This document shows, piece after piece, positions 57,563-64,000 of a stretch of 64,000 nt of DNA (position 1 is the stretch's first letter; every line of letters starts with the position of its first letter). This DNA is from Candidatus Bathyarchaeota archaeon (lineage in GTDB: Archaea > Thermoproteota > Bathyarchaeia > Bathyarchaeales > Bathycorpusculaceae), in NCBI GenBank assembly GCA_963772505.1, contig CAVYXL010000015.1, positions 87,145 through 151,144 on the forward strand, written 5' to 3'. Below the pieces are notes generated by a model that did not search any database, had not been told where the DNA came from, and worked only from the letters and a program-made list of their open reading frames with translations. The position numbers were made by a program, and so were the translations under genes.

Positions 57563-58342
57563 ATGCAGAACATCGATATTCTATTTGCTCTGCAACCTAT
57601 AATTGTAATAATCATCGCTTCAGCATTGCTAGTATACTGGTATTTCAAACGTCGCTTTCACCTGAGCGTGCTATTGTATTCTTTTATAGCATACACGGTG
57701 GCAATTGCACTTAAATACGCGGTGCAAATTCCAACAATCACAGCAGTGACAAGCTATTTTGGTTCGAACAGTGTAGGGCTGGGCGTCTATTACGGGTTTC
57801 AAACAGTAATTTTTGAAGTAGGCATCGCCTATTTGGTCGCGTGGTACGTCGTTTCTCACGGTAAACTTGAGAAAAAAGATGCTGAAGCCTACGGGTCAGG
57901 ATTAGCTTTCTGGGAAAACGCCGCTTTGCTAGGCATTCTCTCACTCATCAACCTATTTGCCTACTATAGTATTCTCTCAACAAATACACCACTTGCCCAA
58001 ACACTCTACGACCAATTAAATAAGAACTCACCAGGGCTGTTTGCACCAGCTACCGAAGCATTAAAGTCAGTAGCGATAGGCATTGTCGAAAGAACATCCT
58101 CGATTTTAATTCATTTTGCTTGGGGTTACCTGTGTTTTATGGCTGCCTATTTTCATAAGAAACGGTTATTCCTAATTGCGTTACCAATGGGGTTCGTTGA
58201 CTTCTTGGTTCCCTTTGCTCAAATCTGGGGAATCCTATTCTTTGAAGGAGTAGTTTTTGCTCTGTCTGTACTTTCGTTGATAGTAGCATGGTATGCAACA
58301 CGAGATTTAGGAAAAAACTCGGCAAAACAAGCACCACCATAA
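57563..58342 (+). CDS. YhfC-family intramembrane metalloprotease-like protein
   Basis: Multi-TM, FEVG, GSGLAFWEN, VERTSS..IH. Confidence 0.75.
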   Translation: MQNIDILFALQPIIVIIIASALLVYWYFKRRFHLSVLLYSFIAYTVAIALKYAVQIPTITAVTSYFGSNSVGLGVYYGFQTVIFEVGIAYLVAWYVVSHGKLEKKDAEAYGSGLAFWENAALLGILSLINLFAYYSILSTNTPLAQTLYDQLNKNSPGLFAPATEALKSVAIGIVERTSSILIHFAWGYLCFMAAYFHKKRLFLIALPMGFVDFLVPFAQIWGILFFEGVVFALSVLSLIVAWYATRDLGKNSAKQAPP

Positions 58343-58511
58343 ATGAATTAATGCTTCGGTCAATGATGCGTAAAAAAAGGATTCTTTATTCTATAAATGG
58401 TGGAGTAAGTTAGAAAAATATAGTTGAAATTCATAAGTGATTAAAATTCAGAAACTTTCAAATGAGCTTGAAGATGATGACTAATAGGTATAACATAATT
58501 TGAGGATAACA

Positions 58512-58742
58512 ATGGACAACAAAGCAGCCAGTGTGTATCTTTCGATATTTGGCTTTGTTCTTTTAGTCACGGGTATTCTGGTTGCTTATTTATCCGTGAA
58601 CATGGTTCAGTCGGATGATTCGGCACTCGCAAGTTCTTCTATAACGCTGTTAATAGGCGCACTGGTGGGAGTAGTTGGTGTAGCGCTTTTGTTAGTTGGC
58701 TTTTTTAACACAAAACGTCGAACAGGTTACTCGTACTATTAG
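58512..58742 (+). CDS. Small two-TM membrane protein
   Basis: Two hydrophobic helices and a basic tail. Confidence 0.65.
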   Translation: MDNKAASVYLSIFGFVLLVTGILVAYLSVNMVQSDDSALASSSITLLIGALVGVVGVALLLVGFFNTKRRTGYSYY

Positions 58743-58996
58743 AATTACGCTCGTCAATAGTTGGGCGCGATTAAAATTTAACCCATCCCCTTCAAAATGA
58801 CATTTGCTCTCAAACCTTGTCGTTAGTTGGTTCGGTGGGGCACTAAATTTTAATTCAAAAAAAGGAGTTTGCGGGGTAGATCTCAACTCTCAGAAGGTTC
58901 AAATCTCCCTTCCTGCCTCGACTTTTCCATGCTTACGTGCGACAAAGGCTAATTAATGAAGTCATGTTTGGTTATACAATAAAGATACAGTAGGCA

Positions 58997-59386
58997 TTGG
59001 TCTTGGAAGTAGAAAACGTGTTCAAAATAGCGATGACCTGTTCCAGTGTTCGCGAGTTCTTGACAAGCAAAGGTTGGGAATTCCAAGGAAAGGATGAGGC
59101 AATGGAGATGGACTCGTTTAGAAACAAGAAGACCGGGAAGAAGGTGTGCATAGAAGACATTTCAGAGGATTTTCCAGTGACCTTTCTTATAGGCGAGCTA
59201 AGCGTGTTGGAGTTCAATATGATTGCTATTGAATTGACGCCGGAAATACAGTTACTGGAAGTTGACAGTAGTTGGGAAGGTAAATCGACGACCATCGTGG
59301 TCGCGATGACAGAAGAGCAAGTTAGGAAAATGTTTGGCAGAAGAACAAAGATGAGAAAGCTTGCGGTTCACCGCACGGGCGTCTGA
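58997..59386 (+). CDS. Hypothetical protein
   Basis: 129-aa ORF. Confidence 0.55.
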   Translation: MVLEVENVFKIAMTCSSVREFLTSKGWEFQGKDEAMEMDSFRNKKTGKKVCIEDISEDFPVTFLIGELSVLEFNMIAIELTPEIQLLEVDSSWEGKSTTIVVAMTEEQVRKMFGRRTKMRKLAVHRTGV

Positions 59387-59469
59387 GTGGTCTCTTTCAG
59401 ACAATTATTCTGTCAGCCTCATTGAGGAAGTTGATGCTCGGGGATCAAAAAAGAAAAGGGTTAGCGGGT

Positions 59470-59777
59470 TTATGGTCTAAATCCCATGCAGCCGCCGTAT
59501 CCTGTATAGCCTTGATAGGAAGTTGTTGTTCCTGTGCTTGGATCTGTTACGTTGTGTTTGCCGGTAGACTTTGAGAGGCAGACGTTCCAGTTCCATAGTT
59601 TTGTGTTCCTCTAAACGCGAAGCATCTGCCCATCCAGCCAAAGAAGCCATTATTTGTTGCTCCATTTGCTGTTGATCCGTCTGGGTTAGATGTAGCGATT
59701 TGAGCTGAAACCAATCCAACTACCGCAACTGCTAATACTCCAACAATGGCTAATGCGACTATTACTTTTGTGTTCAT
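59470..59777 (-). pseudogene. Secreted Gly/Tyr-rich small protein with one -1 frameshift (possibly sequencing error)
   Basis: Signal peptide, GFFGWMGRC; one added base near 59550 continues it as VTDPSTGTTTSYQGYTGYGGCMGFRP-stop. Confidence 0.7.
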
Positions 59778-59888
59778 TTTTTTTCCTCAATACATACTAT
59801 AGGCTTCGAATGGTAAGATAGTTCGCTGAAACAAAAGTGAAACAATTTTTGAAACAGTTTTTTAACACGAAAAAGATGAGACTTTGGG

Positions 59889-60587
59889 TTAGCCAAAGAT
59901 TTTCTGTTGCATGTATGTTCCCATCTGTGAGTAGTACATGACTTGTCCATTGTTTCCGTAGACACTCATCATTCCTAATGGGTTGCCATCCTTTAGGACC
60001 TGCATTGTGTAATATCCATAGTAGGTAGTTACTTGACCAACTGTTGTTCCTGTATTGTTAGCGTCTAAGTATTGTTGTGCAATAGTTTTTGCTTGTTCCA
60101 TGCTGATTGACATGTTGGTTGTGGGTGTTCCTCTTAGCCAATTCATCATTCCATTTCCACCCATCATACTGCCTGATGAGCTTGTGTTGTAAAGATAACC
60201 CATCATTCCAGTACTTGTGACTCCATACTTCATGTTCCACATCACTGTTGGTCCTTGCATGGGTGTCACTACCCCTGTTGTCTTATTCACTGAAAGTTCG
60301 AATGCACCTGTTCCGTTGTTTTGCTCGATCACTTGTGCATAATACATGTTAGAGTACTCTTGCATCGATGATATTCCAAGATTAGAGTCGCCCATCTTTC
60401 CAAGATAGTTTTGAACCGCTGTTGTTGCTTGATCAAGACTTATCGCTGAATTTGTTGTTCCTGTTGTGGGATTTTGATTGCTTGCTGGGTTTCCAGCTTG
60501 GTTACCCATTAATACGACTAAACCGGTGGCAACTAAGGAGATTGCGACCACAGCTACCGTTATTATGACTATTGCTTTTTTGTTCAA
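59889..60587 (-). CDS. Secreted/membrane-anchored Met/Gly-rich protein with two PepSY-like repeats
   Basis: IS.(D/E)QA....Q.YL repeats, MMG motifs, ELSVNKTTG and MSVYGNNG. Confidence 0.78.
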   Translation of the reverse strand: MNKKAIVIITVAVVAISLVATGLVVLMGNQAGNPASNQNPTTGTTNSAISLDQATTAVQNYLGKMGDSNLGISSMQEYSNMYYAQVIEQNNGTGAFELSVNKTTGVVTPMQGPTVMWNMKYGVTSTGMMGYLYNTSSSGSMMGGNGMMNWLRGTPTTNMSISMEQAKTIAQQYLDANNTGTTVGQVTTYYGYYTMQVLKDGNPLGMMSVYGNNGQVMYYSQMGTYMQQKIFG

Positions 60588-60954
60588 TTTTCACATTTCT
60601 TCCTATGTCTTATCTAAGGGGTTTGGAAAGATATGATAGTTCTGTGAAACAGATAGTGAAACAAAAACTCCTATTTAATAAGACGATATAATATGAGATA
60701 GACTTTAGATGCTTATAGGAATTTCTTCACGAGAAAACAGAATTATCATAAAAGCAGAAGTTTCTTATTGCCAAAGTAAAATCAGATTTCTCTTTTCTGA
60801 ATCCAAACCTGAATCATGAAAAACCCTGAATCCACTTGAAAAAGGGTTCTGGAGACAAGCCCACTTTAAATGAGGGTTTAATTCGATTCCCCTCCTAAAT
60901 CACCGGGGATTGGAGTCCATCCCTATTTGAATATTACATTAGTTGCAAGAATAT

Positions 60955-61731
60955 TCAAACCTGTTTTTTCTTACCTTTATTTCTCATTGCTTTGATTCCA
61001 ATAGCAATAGTCTTGGCTTTTCCAGATAGTCCTCCTTTGAAGCTGGCATTAGTCATTTCCCTATAGTCGTTTTTAGATATTGGAACGTCACTAATTGTGC
61101 ACATTGTTTCAGGAGAGATTGTTCCGTTAACCAATTCAGCACCAGCTTGTCTAACTGCCTCAATGTTGTTATTAAGCAAATGGGGCACGTTCGCGGCTCC
61201 CGCAGCGGGTATTAGAACTTCGCCAGCCCAGGTTAATCCCATATGCATCATAATCTTCTTAAAATGTTGGCTCATTAAGGTAAAATTCTCCATATCCGGA
61301 AAACCACAAGTCGAAATCAAGATCCCCTTCGCCTTAGGTGAATACCGTTGAGGGTGATTAGTTATCCCGTTATCCATTAAAATCTGGGAAGATTCCAAGT
61401 TTACAAAGAACCTATCAATCACATTTTTTACAGTAGCTGGAAAACCAAAAACGTACACTGGTGCAGCGATGATAAAGTAATCACACTTCTTGTAAACATC
61501 GTATATTGATTGAAAATCGTCTTTCTGGGCGCACTCGCCTTTGCTTTTTCCTTGCCAGCAACGCCAACAGCTTGTGCAGGGTCCAATCTTCATTTTATGC
61601 GGATAAAACTTGTGAACTTCCACCTCACCCATTGCTTTGATTAAAGTATCTAACATTTTTTCAGTAAAAGAGGGGTTTCTTAGAGAACCCGATATTGCTA
61701 AAACTGTTGGCATCTTTTTTTCAGATATCAT
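60955..61731 (-). CDS. Iron-sulfur flavoprotein / NADPH-dependent FMN reductase family
   Basis: ISGSLR, CTSCWRC..C.QKDD, APVY, KNVIDR. Confidence 0.9.
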   Translation of the reverse strand: MISEKKMPTVLAISGSLRNPSFTEKMLDTLIKAMGEVEVHKFYPHKMKIGPCTSCWRCWQGKSKGECAQKDDFQSIYDVYKKCDYFIIAAPVYVFGFPATVKNVIDRFFVNLESSQILMDNGITNHPQRYSPKAKGILISTCGFPDMENFTLMSQHFKKIMMHMGLTWAGEVLIPAAGAANVPHLLNNNIEAVRQAGAELVNGTISPETMCTISDVPISKNDYREMTNASFKGGLSGKAKTIAIGIKAMRNKGKKKQV

Positions 61732-62414
61732 AAGCCTCAACCAGTTTGAGTAGTTGTCTAATTGCCTAGCCTCTAATTGTCGATTTAAGACTTTCTTTGA
61801 TTCGTTAAGCCTGTCTGGTTTATTTTCTAATATTAAGCGGTGGCTTGTTAAATATCTCGACCATTGGCAAGTTAGAAGTTAAATATGCGATTCTTTAGAA
61901 GCCTTCTATCGCAATGATTTGCAACCAAATAACTTTTTTCTCTTCTGTAGGTAAGTCTTTCTTCCAATAATCTTGGCTTGATATTGAAGGTTTGCCATAG
62001 ACGCTTATAACGTGCATGAAGGATTTAATGATACAGACTTGCCTCAAGAAGCTCGTTTTTGTGTTCTTTTAATCTGTGCTTCCTTAATTTTGTTGGGTTA
62101 GGAAATTCACTTTTACATACAGGACAATCATATATCATATAGGTCATGTTTTTTGTTTCTCCTTAGTTTTCTGGAAAACGTTTGCATCATTAATTAAAGT
62201 GTGTGGTTGGAGTTTGCAACAACAGTTTCTCTTTTCAACCAAGGCGTAAGGGCTCAAATGTTAAAATATTTAGAATATTCGATCTCTGGCAAATAATATT
62301 TACATGACAAGAATGAGGCTGTTAACAATTGATTTGGATAATCAAAGACTTGTTACTGTGTGGTAACAATCACATCATTATTTATCTTTCAAGACACATG
62401 TAGGGTAGATAAGA

Positions 62415-62490
62415 AAGGTCAGCTTAGGAGCAGACGAATTTATTCCCCCTCTCTCTTCCGAATTTTTTTGTCTGCTTTTAAGCTAATCTT
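62415..62490 (+). ncRNA. Putative hairpin sRNA, copy B
   Basis: 24-position stem with four G-U pairs and one mismatch; same loop and promoter 17-mer as copy A. Confidence 0.7.
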
Positions 62491-62847
62491 ACTTCGCTTA
62501 AACTCGTGACTCTTTCTATTTCACCATGTAATAAAAGCATGATGACAGTTTAGCCCTTCCTTTTAAAGCAGAGATTTAAGATATTTAAGATGAAATTAAA
62601 AAGAATAATTTAAGCTGCTACTTTAACAAAAAGGAGAATGAGCATGAAAACTCCTTGGGTTAGATGGCTCAAATCCAATTTCCTGAATTTTCCTGAAGAT
62701 ATGTAGCTTAAGATCAAAGCGAATAACCTCTTAACTTTTTCAATCCAATTATCTCAGAGCCTTTTTCCGCATTTCGCATTTCTACATGTGAAGATCTGGA
62801 AAATATTTAAATTAAAAATCTCGCTAAAAATTGATTGTTGAAACTAA

Positions 62848-63444
62848 ATGAACCCTAAATTGAAGAGATGTTGGAACACCGACAATCCACTATACTTAAG
62901 GTACCATGATGAAGAATGGGGCGTCCCAGTCCATGAGGATAACAAGCTTTTTGAGTTTTTGGTTTTAGACTGTTTTCAAGCAGGATTTTCTTGGTTAATT
63001 ATCCTCAAAAAAAGAGACTCCTTTAGAAAAGCATTTAATAATTTCGATCCAAAGAAAGTTGCTAAGTACACCAACAAAGAAATAGAACATTTAGTGGAAG
63101 ACAGCAATATTGTTAGAAATCGAAGCAAGATTTTGGCTACAATCAACAATGCCCGTTGCTTCTTGGAAATTCAAACAGAGTTTGCTTCATTTGATACCTA
63201 TATTTGGAAGTTTGTAAAAGGTAGAGCAATCCAAAACTCTTTTAGTCAATTATCTGACTTGCCCGCTGAATCTAACGAGTCGAAAACTATGAGCAAGGAC
63301 TTAAAAAAGAGAGGTTTTCAATTTGTTGGACCAACCATATGCTACGCGTTTATGCAAGCTGCAGGCTTAGTAAATGACCACTTAGTTACCTGCTTTCGAC
63401 ATGATCAAATAAAAAATCTATCAAAGATACAATCTGCAAAGTAA
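62848..63444 (+). CDS. tag: DNA-3-methyladenine glycosylase I
   Basis: YHDEEWG, FQAGFSW, IVRNRSKI, FVGPTICYAFMQAAGLVNDH. Confidence 0.96.
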   Translation: MNPKLKRCWNTDNPLYLRYHDEEWGVPVHEDNKLFEFLVLDCFQAGFSWLIILKKRDSFRKAFNNFDPKKVAKYTNKEIEHLVEDSNIVRNRSKILATINNARCFLEIQTEFASFDTYIWKFVKGRAIQNSFSQLSDLPAESNESKTMSKDLKKRGFQFVGPTICYAFMQAAGLVNDHLVTCFRHDQIKNLSKIQSAK

Positions 63445-63566
63445 ACAAATTAAAACTTAGCTCAGTATAGATTATATTTCGAAAAAAGGAAAATGCTGGT
63501 GAATCTTTTCGATAACCCATTTTTCATGGAAAAACGACAGATTTGAAAGAGGAAAATACAATTGCG

Positions 63567-63889
63567 TTAGGCCTGAACGGGAATTACCTCACGAACCTCT
63601 ACAGAACCGCCGTTCTCGAAAATCGGACATGCTTTAAGCTTTGAAACAGCACTGTTATAATCGTCAGCGTCTATCACGATATATCCCCGATTAACAAGCC
63701 ATTAAACTCAACATCCGAGACATTTTCACCGTTCTTGCCGGAGATTATCTTTCCTTCCGGCCTTAGCCGATTTCCAAGCCGCAAATCTTTTGAGACAAAC
63801 TTGGCTCAATTGGCAAAGCGGTTTAGATAATTATCAGTTAATTTCTCATTAGGTAATCCACCACGGAACAAAACCACATGAGTGTTCAT
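63567..63889 (-). pseudogene. YciI-family protein with internal TGA and one -1 frameshift
   Basis: Reconstructed MNTHVVLFRGG...N*AKF...GNRLRPEGK...IGGYIVIDADDYNSA...ACPIFENGGSVEVRE. Confidence 0.75.
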
Positions 63890-64000
63890 CTGAAAACAAG
63901 TATCCAAAGAATATTTATCAATGTTCAAATAAATAAATATTGATAAAAAGATGCCACAAAATAAAGCAGTTGATGAATCATCTCGCCTGATAGACGCTAG

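Noticed and set aside
60870-60925. TTCGATTCCC T-loop-like sequence
   Set aside because: No cloverleaf can be built around it.
63806-63808. Selenocysteine or recoded TGA in the YciI-like gene
   Set aside because: Position fits Trp, the gene also has a frameshift, and TGA is a normal stop throughout the window.

Overview
Archaeal chromosomal window, most likely Bathyarchaeia (inferred from dph5, ribL, mre11/rad50, PEF-type C-terminal anchors and many small lineage-type regulators). It holds a near-complete anaerobic cobalamin/tetrapyrrole supercluster (cbiMNQO; hemA-cbiX/C-cbiDETLFGH; amidotransferase-sirC-hemBLC-cobA-hemD; cobD-cbiB separately), DNA-repair genes, tatAC, two vapBC pairs, surface proteins and several frameshifted genes. 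The most interesting signals are non-coding and were found by hand alignment. (1) A 17-bp pseudo-palindrome (GGATRGWnnAWCCRACM) abuts the TATA boxes at all three B12 promoter regions, next to a divergent wHTH regulator: a candidate protein-controlled archaeal B12 regulon. (2) Two copies, 49 kb apart, of a promoter-bearing hairpin RNA with compensatory base changes and a pure-pyrimidine loop, plus a third hairpin RNA with the same promoter type. (3) A TGTDA-N13/14-YMAYR element 4 nt upstream of the TATA box of these RNAs, Lrp, a wHTH gene, tatA and a hypothetical gene. Also seen: a domain-permuted CbiP/CbiA-like amidotransferase and an unannotated ACG-start membrane micro-protein inside cbiMNQO. 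No searches or folding programs were run, so novelty is unverified.
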